Source: Octopus vulgaris (Eukaryota). From it: a stretch of DNA of 64,000 bases. The notes beneath the pieces are model-generated. The model worked only from the letters and a program-made list of their open reading frames with translations. It was not told where the DNA came from and searched no databases. Where the stretch lies: NCBI GenBank assembly GCA_951406725.2, contig OX597819.1, forward strand, positions 95,046,001-95,110,000, given 5' to 3'. Below are positions 26,372 through 41,249 of this stretch, piece after piece (the first letter of the stretch is position 1; each line of letters begins with the position of its first letter). The translations under genes were made by a program, and so were the position numbers.

Positions 26372-27673
26372 GGCACTGGCCATTTTGAGGCTATGACAGA
26401 AGATATTTGCCCAAAGTGCCACACAGTGGTATTGAACTCAGAACCAGAGGTTGGCAAGAGAACTTTCTAAGTATACACAGCCAAGCATCACCTCATTATA
26501 TTACTGATACTAATTTTATCAACTCTAACAGCAGCAGCACCAAAAGAAAAGTATCTGTTTCTTTGGTGGTGATCATGACTGCTTGTATTCACCATGGTTA
26601 CTATCACTTATAGATAGTAAGCTGGATCATTACAATATGCCAAACAACATAAATATACCGAATAACATAAAATGATAGGCAAGTCTACAACCTGAGGACA
26701 AGTTGAAAGAAAATATAAAAGGCTACATTAATTTTGATTGCATTTATATAGCTATAATTATATAAAAGTATTATAGATGACGTATGTTGTCTTCTCACTT
26801 CTATCTCTTCTCAGAGTATGTAGTCTATTGTGTAAATGAAATATTTATGTACATGTATTTGCATAAACATATACATATTTACACATATATGTATGTTTTT
26901 TTCTCACCACTGAAAGCTAGAGAGGATCCTATTTCTGATTTAAAAAATACTAATATGGTAACTAAGGAAAATAAAACAAAGACAATTCTGTTCTATCTAC
27001 AACATAATGTAATCTACAGCCGAGCAGAGAATGTGTATAATATTTCCACTAAGAGTAGCCACTCTATCCAAACCCAGCAGTTATAAGCCAAAAGTACCTT
27101 TCTTTATCCAGGCACTAACACACTTCAAATGAAGACTTAAATTCTTACATACAAATATAAAATAGTATGGTAATTAGCTTGAAGCTTTGTAATATGTAAA
27201 TGACATAAATATTTTAAAAGACCTTAAGGTAATGCCAATAAAAACAAAACAAAAATATATTGTATTACCTTATATAGGTTGTTTAATGTTTCTGTTACAT
27301 TTTGAGAAAAATTCCTCTTAACAAATATAAAAAAGAAAATAATTTGAGAGTTTTGAGAAAAAATGTGTTATTATCAGTAAGCCATTCCGATATACACATC
27401 TTGTTCATTCATTCATTTGCTTTATGTCCAGTTTTCCATGCAAGCATGGTTCAAACAAATATGTCTTTGAAGCATTGTTTTATAGCTTGGTGCCCATACC
27501 TGTTTCTCAAGTGAAAGATTTCTTATTCCACATGACTTCAAAGGCACAAAGTGAGTGGATGATATATCGACATGAGAAATGTAAGTGTCATGACAAGAGA
27601 ACTCAGATGTAAATAAGCACATCGATATCACACATATCACACATATGCATGCACATATATATATATGCATGCA

Positions 27674-27704
<31 letters not shown>

Positions 27705-27853
27705 CTATATATTCAACAGGCTTCTTTTCAGTTTCTGTCTACCAAATCCAATCATATGGTTTTCATTAGCTCAGAGGAATAGTAGAAGGCACTTGCCAAA
27801 GTACCTTGTGTTATTATTATTCTGGTGTCACTGAACCGAAAGCCATTGGTTTG

Positions 27854-27893
<40 letters not shown>

Positions 27894-28867
27894 ATCGATG
27901 GTTATTATAAAGCTGTTTATAGTTAAATAACTTTAGGTAAATAGCTATATAATGATGATTTATTAAAATTATGTAATCATCATTATATTTTTATTGTGTG
28001 TGTGTGTGCACATGTGTGTGTATGCGTGCATGCATGTTATGATAGTAGATTAATTGAGATAAAGAGAACTTACAAAATATGAAGTATGACAGGAACCTGA
28101 AAATAGAAATAAAAAGTGGAATATTCATAAATATGTTTCAAAATAAATTAATTATTTGTTCAAGAAATATATCAAAATATTTAACTGATAATAATAATAA
28201 TGGAATTCCTAGTGTGTTAGCAGGTCTAATATCTAATTACATTAATAAGTCTAAGAAGAGATCAGTAATCATAACAATTTCTGGTCAAGTCAGAAGATGA
28301 AGGATATCATCCATGACATTTTTCAGGATCTGCAAGCTTAGTGGTACAAAGAGAAAACTACCCTCAAATCAGAGACCTAGTGCAAATGTTTGAAGCAAAA
28401 CCACCCAAAAGCCAAGAAGAACCAGGTGGTGGTGTTAAATCAGGTGACAGATTCAGTCCATCAGCCAATCAACAGGCTTGCACACAAAAGTCATTTGCCT
28501 AATAAGTTGAACAGTGAAATAGAACCTGGGATTATGTATCAGTAAAGCAAACTGCTTAACCATAGAAGCATGTCTGCATCCAGATAGAGAGGAGAATAGT
28601 TTGTGAAAATATTGCTGTTGTTAGTTGTGGCAGAGAAACCTTGAACATAGAGGAAATGTCAGAGGAATTTGGTTACAGTGTAAATAGTTGGAAAAAAATG
28701 TTCAGCAAAGGATCTAAGAGTACAAGGCACACTGGAACTAGTGCATTTAGATAGGTATGTTATAGAAACAGTAAGTTAGCACATAGCTCAATGTACTAAT
28801 ACATTAGTATAATATATATTTCAATTTTTATACTGATTTTTGAATAATAATAATAATGATGATGATG

Positions 28868-29080
28868 ATTTCAAATTTTGGTACAAGGCTAGCAATTTCA
28901 GGGGAGGGGTTAAGTTGATTACATTGAGCCCAGTGCTCAACTGGTACTTATTTTATCAGTCATGAAAGGATGAAAGGCATAGTTGACTCAGCTGGAATTT
29001 GAACTCAAAACATAAAGATGGGCAAAATGCCACTAAGCATTTTGTCTGGTGTGCTAGCAATTCTGCTTGCTCACCACCTT
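28868..29080 (-). mobile_element. SINE family B copy
   Basis: ttcaaattttggtacaagg...ggtacttattttatc..gaaaggatgaaagg...gctcaccacctt. Confidence 0.82.
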
Positions 29081-29097
29081 AATAATAATAAAATAAT

Positions 29098-29362
29098 TAC
29101 CAGTAAAGCACTGGGGTCGCTGTAACTGATTAGCCACCTCCCTGCAAAATTCCAAGCCTTGTGCCTATCGTAGGCGATGAGCTGATAGAATTGTTAGTAC
29201 GCTGAGCAAAATACATAGCAGCATTTTGTCTGTCTTTATGTTCTGGGTTCAAATTCCCCCAAGGTTGACTTTGTCTTTCATCCTTTTGGGAGTTGATAAA
29301 ATAAGTACCAGTTGAGCACTGGGTTGATGTAACTGACTCTGCCTTATGCCAAAATTTGAAAT
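29098..29362 (+). mobile_element. SINE family B: a 3' half followed by a full copy
   Basis: ggcgatgagctgatagaattgttag..gggttcaaattcc..ctttcatccttttgggagttgataaaataagtaccag; preceded by an extra 3' half at 29098-29170. Confidence 0.8.
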
Positions 29363-29380
29363 CATTATTATTATTACAAT

Positions 29381-29817
29381 TATTGAGTGAGAGAGCAGTG
29401 CATGCCATCAAAGTGACACTGGGGTAAAATATATGAAACCCAGTGTACCCATCATGACTACCCGTCTGATAAGGGTACACCAGGCACATGCATCACAACC
29501 ATATGTGCACAACATGGTGATCTCATACCAAGATAAACAGCGTATGACCTTGCAGGTGGGGTCCAGTTAGAATTTTCTTCTGGTCGAGTAGCCCATCCCG
29601 CTCAAAAGGTCCCTGAATAAGGATTGTTTAAGGATGTTGAACAAACCACCCACATTTCCAAAGGTGAATTATCCAAACCTCTAAGAATTCCTTTCAACAC
29701 ATGGCTATGATGCTCTCCCACTACTTCTGCTCGTGATCAGAGATGCACATATCGTCAGCCACTAAGGGGCATGCTCAACTGGTTACGGTCAAACAACTGA
29801 CAAGCAAATCTGTGGTA
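29381..29817 (-). mobile_element. Retroposon 3' portion with (TAA)n tail (family unassigned)
   Basis: GC-richer block bounded by (ATT)n; its terminus ctgctctctcactcaataat recurs at ~20942-20960 on the + strand. Confidence 0.6.
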
Positions 29818-31147
29818 TATTATTATTATTATTATTAATTTCAAGGGCATTTTCCATGCTGGCATGGGTTGAACTGGTTAGTTCTTGTTTGAATTTAATG
29901 TCCTCCTAGACAAGTTATAGGGCCACATTTCACTTATATGTTCCATTTTGGGTATGATTTCTACAGCTGGATATTTCTCCTCCAAACATTAATTATTTTA
30001 CAGTGCACTGTTATTGTTATTAATAACTATTTCTAAGAAAGGTACAATGTCAGAGCTGGATTGGTACTTCATCGAGTCCAGAAGAATGAAATGAAGTCAA
30101 CCCAACAGGATTTGAAATCACAGCATAAAGAGATGTAACTAAATATTGCAATGTATGATGTTTTGTCTGCAGGCCTACCAAACTGACTAATCCACCACTA
30201 TTTATAATGCTAATAAATATCAAGCTTCCTCAATTCCTATCAGACTATCTTAATATTTACATAGCAACTCCCAGACCACACTCAAACTCAATAACAGCTG
30301 ACTAACTAATCACTAAACAATATACTAGTGACTACAGCTACTGCTCTCACTGCTGCCACCACCTACACAGTATGGATAAGACACACCAACTATAATCTAT
30401 AAAAAAAGTATATAAATTCATGTTTTGTATAAACTTTCCTTTTTATACTTCAGTCCAATCGATAAGATAATGAATTCAGGATTTTGAAATGTTTAAATTT
30501 TCAAAATATTTTTAGTCATTTTTATTTCCTTCTTTCTATTCAATTGATTTCAGTTTATAAATATGTATTCAGATTTCTTAAGAATATTGATTTTTTCACT
30601 AAAATACAAGGCATAGAAAACTTCTCTGAAAGAAGAATGAGATTAAAATGATATTCCAGCCTTTCTCAATGTGAGTTAGTGGGCATTGGTGTCACTAAAG
30701 AAGTACTTAGCAATAACAGTCACTCAAAACCAGCTTGCAGACTCAGTTTGCTAGGGAAATTATCTCTTACTTTTTCGTGCTTACTGAGCTAAGTAAATAT
30801 TGTGAAGTTTATATTTCACTGGGAAGATCTAATAACACAGAAACCTGTCTGGAGTTCTCTGCTATAATTGTTGAAATGATACAAACAATATTAGTAACCG
30901 AGATACATTTTCCTTCTTAAGATATTAGTATTTTTAATTAGATTTTTGATGCTCTACATTAAACATATTTACCCTGATTTAACTATTGATTATCATGTGG
31001 ATGGTGTCACTGAGTACTAAACCCCTATATTTTGTTTTTCTAAATAAGTAAATATTGCTTTCTTTGATAAAACACAAACAAACCCCTGCCCCCAAATGTT
31101 TAGGAGAAAATGAAAAGCTAAGTTGAAAGGGAAATGCCTTTCACGAG

Positions 31148-31272
31148 AATATTAGGGGTTAAGTGATGCTAATATCTTTCCCAAAAATATTATGGTCTTA
31201 AATGATGCTAATATCTTTCCCATAAGTATTAGCTGGGGGTTAAGTGATGCTAATATCTTTTCCAGTGTTATT
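31148..31272. repeat. Three ~40-bp tandem units with core TTAARTGATGCTAATATCTTT
   Basis: Core occurs three times with variable flanks. Confidence 0.85.
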
Positions 31273-32979
31273 AGAAAACTATGGTGTCAAATTGAGTCAA
31301 GTGAGTACTGAAAGCATTGTGATATTATTCCCTGCTGAACAATACCGAGAAGTGGGGAAACGTTTTTAGGTTATCCAATGAGCAGAACTCTTTATGTCAG
31401 TCCAGCTCAATGTAGAAGCTCTAAGGTGGAAGCATAACTGCTAGTGTTTGCTCCTCTTCCTTAAGAAACATTCTGCCTTGGTTTTTGTCCCAAGTAAAAC
31501 AGGTACTAAAATAGTTATGTTGATTGTGTAAAGAGCTATTTCAGTTAGGTATTTATTTTATCGATCCCTATTTGATGAATCACTAATCAGGGGACAAATG
31601 GGACAAAAACACAACACTGGTTAATTGGTGTAAACATAAACTCAAGCACTGATGCAGGCACCAATATAAATATACACAACAGAAATCCACGCAGCTTCTG
31701 TCTATGAAATTTCACTCAAAAAGTATCTTATCAAGCCACATCAAAGATACTCTGCAATGGGACTGGATCCAGAACAATAGTTGCAAAGTGTGCTTCTTGA
31801 ACAGACAGCTATGCCTGTACCTAACAACAGTTAACAATATCAAATATTGACTAATACAGTCAACAATGCAAAAAAAATATATCTGATGTTGTGTACACAT
31901 GTATACACATGCATGTAAGTATATGTACACACACTGGTACGTACACATACATAATCAAATTCATACATAGCATATAAACAGATGTTCAAATAGATACACA
32001 CAAACACATGGAAAGATAAAAAAGGAGTTCTTTACAAAGATGTATCGGCATGTTAAATAGATATATAATGGAGACAAGAATATGAAATACACAGCAACCT
32101 CCCAAAGTGATGTAAGTACTTCCATTATTAGCTATCATCTCTTTCATTCTTTAATGATGACATCCTATCATCTATTATAAAATGTCATCATTGGTAGGAA
32201 CCATTCCATAGAATATCAATAACAGAGACTAGTATTGTTTACCATGTGATAAAATGCTGCCAAAGAAATTACTTGTCAGTGAGGACATTGAGAATGAAAT
32301 GTTCAAAACAAACACACACCCTTACGTGTAATCCATTGATGCAAGGCTGGTGAAGAGGAAGGTGTGTAAAGATTGCCTATTTGATCAATACTAGCATGGT
32401 AAATTGGACATGATGATGATGATGTTTAGGAGGTGGAAGAGGGGGAGGAGGCAACAATGCCATTGACATTGATGAAGATGATGATGATGACAACGATAAT
32501 GGTGCTGGTGGTGGTGATGATGATGATGATGATGATGATGATAGTGATTACAAAGATACAACAAAACTAAAACATTACTATAAAAGATGCTTAATACATA
32601 AACACTGAAGTGATGGAGATTCACTAGCTACTAGATGGAGCTAGTGAACCTTCCTCAAATCACACTCTACAGTTTTATAAACACAGAACACATAAGGCAA
32701 TGTAGACTCTGTGACTGGTTATTGCTGGAAAGCCTTTGATCATAGGTGTGCTAAATTAAGGCTAACCTATTGCTAAACTACTACCATCACCACCAACATC
32801 ACTTTCAGACAATGAAATAAGCCTCTCAATAAGAGTAAACAATGAGCATTTTATTTATTTCCAGTGTTTTGTTTTTTGTTGTTTTTTTTTTCAATTCTAC
32901 ATTAAGATACATAAAAGACTTGCAATACATAGTAAGATTAACATTAAAAGTGTACAGTAGTTGCTATGACTACAACAGT

Positions 32980-34380
32980 AAAACTAGTGAATAAAGAATG
33001 CAGTAAAACAGTTTATTTATGCTGAACCTGAATGTACTTGCAGGTGTACATTTTAGTGAAACATGGATAATAAATAAATTTATTTTTTCATTTATTTAGA
33101 CTTTAGCAATGTGACTACCTGATAGATTTAAGGTTGTATTCAGTGGCGATGTACTGCTGCAGTAACTTCTGACAGTTGATGGCATTGAGAATGCAGTTAG
33201 AGGCACACACATGTAGACATGAATTTTAAATTTTATTAACACATTGTGCAGACAATTAAACATTGACTTTTAAGTGTCAGATGCAGCAGGTAGTTGGTAA
33301 ATGTCTTTTACATATTTTTTTTCTCTCAACCCTCGTGCTTTTGAAGGCTGATAGTTGTAGCTGTTGATTAAACCTAGGTAGACTTTGATTGAGAATCATG
33401 CGTTTCTGCAGTGACCATTCTGCACTACATTATACAATATGTCCATCAATTTTTTAAAGACAGTAGGAAAGTAATTTGAGCAAGATTTGAGCAAGATTTG
33501 GACAATAATTCTAGCTAGATGGATGGCCACACAAACTCCCTTATTATTAGGTAGCGGTTAGTTTTGGCTTCATGGTCTTAAACAGATAGAAGGTAAGTAT
33601 CTCTCTGGAGAGTACAGAAATCTGTTGCAGGATACATTCACAGGTGATTTAATATCTATTCTCAGTGGTGAAGTGAGCTGAGGGATGTAAAATTAAGTAT
33701 ACAACCCAAAATGACTATGGTAAATCTTGAACTTGAGATTACTGAGCTGGTAATTCAATAAGATATAGGTACAAGCATGGCTGTGTGGTTAAGAAGTAGT
33801 TCTGGGTTCCATTGTGATGATCAGCACCTGGGGCAAGTATTTTTCACTATATTCTTGGGTTAACTAATATGTTGTAAGTGGAACATGGTAGACATAAACT
33901 ATGAAGTAGGCCATTGTATGTATGGTAAATGTTATTGAAAACCTGATGCACTCTAAATGAAATTGTTTGCACTGAATTACATATACTCTTTGCTACTCTT
34001 GCCACTAAAAATGTAATGCACTATAGATAAGCTTGTTGGAAACCAAGAACTGATGATGTTATTATCAACAAGTTGCAATATAAAATGAATAGAATATACA
34101 GTTGGTTCTTTCTGTGATGATGAAGGTGTCTTTCGTAGATAAACTAATACATATGGTAAAAAGATATTTTTAAAAAATATGTTTTTATAAAGACAGAAAG
34201 TTGTACCATGAAATTTACTAATGTAAGGAGGATGTAGGAATACAAACTACATATCTTGCTGATGTATTACAACAGTTGTGCCAACTAAGAACAAGGAAGG
34301 AGCTACAAGAAAAATATGTAAAATGTTTTGATCGCGATCTTTACTTAAACTTTCAACAAACTGGAACCAATTCTCTGATG
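32980..34380 (+). pseudogene. Possible ancient hAT-Charlie/Buster transposase fossil, interrupted by SINEs
   Basis: TTYLADVLQQLCQL...KELQEK near 34245-34315 resembles LAYLADIF..LN.LN..LQG; weak TVDG and THC matches near 33170-33250. Confidence 0.35.
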
Positions 34381-36000
34381 TTCTAAGTTATGAACCAAAA
34401 CAAACTTTATTTCAACTACATAATTTTCAAGCACTTATGGAGAGATAAGATGAGGAGAAAAAGAAAACAACATACATACAAATTCAGATAAGAAGGTAAT
34501 TTACACACTTACACATTCATTTACAAACACACATACATTTAATAAATATATACAATGGTATTTGTAAATGTTTGAGCCAAACATGATCCATACACATGTA
34601 CTCACATATACTGAATATATAAAAGCAAATACATCTCTTCTATCTTTCCTACATCATATATATCATCATCATCATCATCATCCTTCAATGTCTGTTTTCT
34701 ATGCTGGCAAGCCGGAGAGCAGCCCCAGGCTGCAGCCTGATTTGGTTTGGTTTCTATGGCTGGATGCCCTACCTAATGCGATAAACACACACACACACTC
34801 ACACACACACACACATCACATACACACATGTATAATTTATTTCAGCTAATTCAGTGGTCTGTTATTCTAGGGTTTGAATTGGCTGGGGAAACTAGTTACT
34901 AAGTTAACTGAAATAATTATTACATTCTACTAAGGTATTGAGAACTTTCTGTTCCATTCATTAATGCAAATCATGTAAAACAACATGCAAAACAACAACG
35001 TATAACATACATGTACAAATGTAAATATGCAAACATGCATGTGTTCCTGCATTTTAGTAGATAAACAAGCTGATTAAGGATAATATCTCAGTAAGATTTG
35101 TAGCAGAAAGGACAGTTGAACATTAACAGCATCAACAGGATTAGATGACTGCATTAGTATGGAGATATGATGTGAATGGATAATGACTACTGGGTGATAA
35201 AAGTACAAGAGGAAGAGAAAATAATGTTAGAGAAAAATTGTGAAAGATACGGGAGGAAGCAGTAAGGTTAAATCTCAGAATAATTGGTCTTATGGAAGAA
35301 TTAAGACATGTGGTGATATATATAATGCAGCATGGAGTCACTGAGGGAAGCTCAACAAGGTCTCTTGGCCAGCTGAAAATAGCAGTCAAATCACTCTCAA
35401 GTCCTACACTAAGACTGATTAAAAGGCAGGATGGGCATAATTTGAAAACCTTTAGCCATAAATCTGTTCATTCAATCATAGCTATGTTAGAGCCAAATAA
35501 CAACAATTAATGCGAAGAGAGAAATACAGAGGAAATCAAGAAACAAGAAGGAGGAGGCCATAGAAGTTATGGTGCAACAAAAACTAAAACATTGCATATT
35601 TTAGCAAGACACTTAGTCTTTGGAGAAAGCAAGAGAAACACTATAAGAATTTTATTATGGTTTACTTTCAAAGACCAAAAACATTGCTAAAACATAATCT
35701 AAACAAGAGCTGGAGATAGTAATACAAATTTTAGAATAAAATAATTTCAAAATAAATAATTCAATGTATTCAACTTTTGGATTTCTGAATACATCTGATA
35801 CTGTGAAATTTTAAATAATTCTTAGGATATAAATTTTTTTATGGGATTTCTTTGGAAGAAGGGGCTGTTCCTATAGACCTCACAGGCTCTTCAAGACTGA
35901 AATTTAAAGCAAACACAACAAGACTAGACTTGCTGTGAAATGTCTATATGCCTATAGAACAACAAGCTATGGTCTCTAAGAAAAACAGCTAGGTTAAGTA

Positions 36001-36317
36001 CAGTGGAACTTTGGTTTATGAATGTCTCTCAATATGAACAAATTGGTTTACAAACAATTTAACATAAAACATCTTGGATGATGAGCAGTGCCTTGAGTAA
36101 TGAACATGCAATCTGGCAACTACGGTTAGTGACAAGCTGGGAGTATCAGCAGGAGAGCATCAGCTGCTGTCTAGCTTTTGCTCAGTGCACATCCTTGCTT
36201 GAATTCACCATGTCATCTCTTGAATTTCGTATAGGAAAAATAGTTTCAGTTTACAAACGTTTCGGGTGACAAACAGCCTTCAGGAATGAATTAAATTTAT
36301 AAACCTATGTTCCACTA
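36001..36317. mobile_element. Tigger/pogo-like MITE
   Basis: Imperfect TIRs CAGTGGAACTTTGGTTTATGAA / TTTATAAACCTATGTTCCACTA; TA on the left flank. Confidence 0.8.
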
Positions 36318-37720
36318 TTTATAGAACTTGACAAAAGCTACCAACTAAAAACATATTGCTCTGATATTGATGCCATTTTTCTAAAACTTAGAGTATATCT
36401 CATTCCATTATTCCACAGCAAGACTATGTATGCTTCAAACATATGAATATTCTTTGGTATATTGAATTCTCTTAGTTTCCATGTTATGTATGTAACATAA
36501 TGAGAATTTAAGTACATAAGAATGCTACTGCAATATCCAAAACACAACATAATGTCAGCCACAAGATAAGCCTTTTTCAACTAAGACATGGGCATCTTAT
36601 CCACATGAAAAAATGACAAAGCATGCTAACAATTGAATTCAAGTATTGGGTTTATTCAATTGATTTATTTGCTTAACATTTCAAACTGCAAAATAACTTG
36701 AATTCAAAATTTACAGCATTTAATCTCAGTACTACAATTAGTAAACCAGTAATCATGACTCAATCTTTGAAAACGTTTGCCACTAAAAGTGACAACTAAT
36801 TTATTACAAATGTTGTAAAAAGTCATTGGTGATATTTAAACATTGATTTGAGGGGTAACGACAGTAACCAGTGACAAAACAGTTCACTGAACAAATCATT
36901 CTTTTAAGTTGAATTCAAACTTGAAAAGGAAAATTGAAAGATAGACAATCTCATTGAAGTTGCTATAACAAGATCTTTTAACCACTGCAAAGATATAATA
37001 GTTGTGCTTTCATATTTTAGAATTTCCATCTTTTGAATTTTTTCACTGATGTGAACAATCCATTTACTATCCACTTTCAGTTACTTTGGTCTGACATAGA
37101 TGGTCAAAGTATACTAGTTTCCACTTTGTTATTAAATATTTAAACTATCTATGGACACAACACATTGCCAATGACAATATGTAAACCACAAACTCTTCAC
37201 TAATCAGTCTTCTATTCACTTGGTTATCTATATATAATCTCAAATATGTATGTGTATTTGAAATTCATAATAATTGAAGTATATTGCCAAGAATAGTGTC
37301 TGTTAAATAAAAGACAATCAGCCAAATTAAGAGCAAGAATGGTACTTATAAATACTTTGTCTCAGTCTTTCCTTTCCAGAGCAAGAACATTTCTGGAGTA
37401 TCTTCTTTACTCATGTTTTCTATTTTTCCTTCTAACATATACTAATCAGTGCATGTTTAAGTTGAAGGCTCTGGGGTACTTTATTGTTGACTAATTATAA
37501 ACCAGCTATAGTGGCAATGAGCATGCTCTGATAGAAATGTCAACCAAGTCTTTCTCAAATTACCCTCTATCATCATAGAAAAGAAATACATTCAATAATG
37601 CAGTTGTAGAAACACTATACCAAGAGAAAAGTAGAATGGTCAGAGTGAGAATGCCTTTTATCATAGATTTGCTTGATTAGTGTTAACCTGGAGTTAAATG
37701 ACAACTTATTTAAAAAAGAG

Positions 37721-38021
37721 TGTTCTCAGGAATTACAACTGTGTTTCGTGATCTGCTACCACAACAGCTCCTTTATAGGATCCAGTTAGCTCAAGACATC
37801 ATCAGGAGGAACCACGTCCGGTTTTGGCCCCTACTCCTCTACCTTTCGGAGGCGTCTTCAGCTCTGGTGTTGGGTGCGTGTCTTCTTTCTTCTGTTCCCT
37901 GGCCTCTTCGATGTAGCATCAACAAGTGTTAGCTGGCGACTGACTGACTTGTCAAGTTTTTTCCCTTTAAATACCTGCCGCTAGGCTCCAGCAGGCAGCC
38001 CCAGCAAGTTGTCACATGACA
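37721..38021 (-). mobile_element. Possible solo LTR
   Basis: 300-bp GC- and CpG-rich island with TGT...ACA ends and minus-strand TATTTAAA; no clean TSD seen. Confidence 0.35.
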
Positions 38022-38162
38022 CTGTCTCAACTTTAAATATTTCCTGAGAGAACTTTTATTGAAACTGTAAACCACAAAATGATTAAATAATTTGCTAACT
38101 TGGTTAACCACTCCCCTGCTCCACCTGACTGTTGGTATTATATTGGCCATAAATTAATTCCC

Positions 38163-38196
<34 letters not shown>

Positions 38197-38724
38197 ATAT
38201 TTATATTAATATATATATATATATAACTTCAAGGCAAATCTCATAAAACCATAAAAAATATATATGCATGTACAAAAATACATAAAAATATACATATGAA
38301 CATATAAAAATGTACATGAATATATAACGAAAATATAAAATGGCATATGAGTGCCTGAACTTGGTACATCCGTGTTATAAATAAGAAGGAAGAAAGTTAT
38401 AGATACATAGACAATATGTGACAATATAAATAATTAATTAAAGATATTAAAAGTATTTTATGCTGGAGATAAAGTCTAATACTCATCCTACGATCGTTTG
38501 AGGAAAATGTTACTGAGGGTGGATAAAATATTCCTGTCCATCTACCATATATACAGTTCCTTTATCAAGGAACACATAATAGACTTAAGAGTCCTCCTCA
38601 TTTGGAATACAGAGAATAGAAAAAATATAACATAATATATTATTCATATAGCTCATTCTTTGAGCACTATATGGTTGTTCTATATATGGAATTAATTCCT
38701 TTATTCTTTCCTTGTATATGTATG

Positions 38725-38796
<72 letters not shown>

Positions 38797-40638
38797 TACA
38801 TGCATATCTCAAAATCTCTGTGATTGCTCAGGTTGTTGGAAAGAATATACAACTCTTCTTTAAATCATACTTTACTGTTTAAAAAAAGGAAGGGCACTTT
38901 GGCTAATAACAGTTATAAGAGACAGAAGGTCTGAAAAAACATAATTGGCTGTAACATTTTAATCACAGGTTTACTTTAATCTTTGAACATAGGTACTGAT
39001 CTTCATTTAACAAGAATAACAAACACCACCACAAATATCAGTTAATATACCCAGTAAAGATGTTTAACAATGATACAGACATGCAGTGTTAATAAGAATG
39101 GCATATAGACGTAGGGTATAGAGTTGATAGTAGAGCAGTACCTATGTAAAAGTAGACCTAGTCAGATTTTATGATGAACAATTAGATCTAGCTACAATTG
39201 AATAGAAATCCTCAGAAATAAGTTGACACAAAATGAAAGGGGCATTTATGTGGTCACTGATTTTGCTTGAAATAGCAGCTAACTCTCCCTTAAGTAAACA
39301 TAGACCTAAATGGATTAAACCTTAAACAAAGATGAGAATGATTAATAACAGATCTGCTCAAACAGAAAAAACCTAGGGCTAAGTAACACAGAAAAGAGAA
39401 CATCAATGATGAAAATCAAGAGATTCTGTAAGTGACATTATTATCTACATATAGAAAATGTTATATTATTTATAAGACATCATAAGGAGAAAGAGAACCT
39501 TTCTTAAGTAGTGCCCTTTATTGTATGGAGGTGTGTGTGTGTGCACGCATGCGTGTGTAAAAGAGTTGGTGTATCATTGAAAGATATTTGATAAATACTA
39601 TCAAGATATTCAGTATAGTTCATTGGGACAAGAGTATAACATTTTCAAATGAAGAATCATAATGTATATCACAAAATGAGTGGCATTTAAAAGGCATTCC
39701 AGTGATGCTCTAAGCAAATGCTATGTTAATGAAACTATGTGTGCGCACACACCAGAATGCTGGATGCGATTAGAGGAAGAGAAAAATGCTGATAGGCCCT
39801 TGATAACTTTATAATGTCTCCATAAAGATGGAGTAGCACCCAAACAGACCTCTCAATAAATATATATATATACACATACATTTATTGAGAGAGAGAGAGA
39901 GAGAGTCATACAATACTGACTAACATGAGGGGAGGCGGCATGTTTATGAGATGAGAGTGGATTATTTATGACAAAATCTAAAAACCAAAGATATAGACAC
40001 ACAACAGAAATTTTCAAGCAAAAGAAGGTATATTGATGATATACAGAAAATAGAGTATAGTATGTCTGATAGAGTATAACAGGCAAGTTACCATTACTGA
40101 TATAAATGAATACACTGCTGACAGAAAAGCATCTAATAACCAGAGAATAATGAGATTTGAAGAGAAAATAGGTATACAGCAGCTAACAAGAAATTATGAA
40201 AGAACTGATATATAGTGAGAGAGTGTGAGAGAAGTTTATAGAGAGTATACACCAATTGACATACATGAGTGTATGTGTGTGTGCATGCGAGCGTATGTGC
40301 ATATGTGTGTGTGTGTGTGCACGCACAAAAACAGAGATAAAAAGCAAAGCAACAAATAGACTGCAATACAGAACAACTGGCAGAGAGGATAGAATATATG
40401 AGGCTACAAATAAACAGTAAAGAATATACTGTAGCTGAGACAGAGATGCAGAATAAATGATAAAGTGGGGGTAAGAAAAAGCTTACAGATATAAAATGCT
40501 GCTAAGTTCAATAAGCAACTGCAATTTAGCTGTCTCCTCCTGCAGATGCATAAGCCTCTAGTTTGAACCTCTCATAACTGGTTCTTCCTCGGTAATGAGG
40601 CATGTTAAATCTGTCGGTTATACCAAGTGAAATTCGAG

Positions 40639-40818
40639 TTAATTCTAGCATTTAAACCAGTCAGATCTGCCCTCTCACTACCTACCCAACAATTTCATTC
40701 TGAAAATAAACAATGTCCTCAAAATCTTAAAGGTATGAGCTAATTTATGATTAATTCAAAACAATGTGAATAAAAGAGTTTTATATTGGACAGAGTGATC
40801 TGAATGTAAAAGGGTTAA
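40639..40818. mobile_element. piggyBac-type MITE, second family, decayed
   Basis: ttaa..tagcatttaaacc start; ctgaatgtaaaagggttaa end. Confidence 0.6.
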
Positions 40819-41249
40819 AGATACATGAATACCTTAGTGTGATCAATCTGATTAATATTTGATAATATATGTAATGTTTGTCACGCAACTATATCACTCT
40901 TAATACTTTTAAAAAAGGTACTCCAATCCTGTAGCAGCAGCTGTAACAATTGCAGAAAATAAAAGAAGCCAGGAGCTCTTTGAAGGCTTGAGAGAGCTTG
41001 ATTGCAAAGAAGTGATTATTTATTTATTTATTTAGTAGTGATGCAGTATACCAACTCATTATTCAATAAGCTCAATTCAATTTAGCTGAAGATACCACAC
41101 ATATTTCAGCTGAGTAGTTAGCACACTGAAGGGCATGCAGTCAATTATAATCATCATCATCATCATCATCATCGTTTCTTTACCAATTTCAATTGAATAG
41201 CTCATTAAGCAAATAACTTCATTTCCAAAAACAAAACAACCCATACAAG

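Noticed and set aside
31148-31272. CRISPR-like repeat-spacer appearance (also 43590-43715 and 49170-49400)
   Set aside because: Spacers are related to each other, there are no cas genes and the context is eukaryotic; these are tandem repeats
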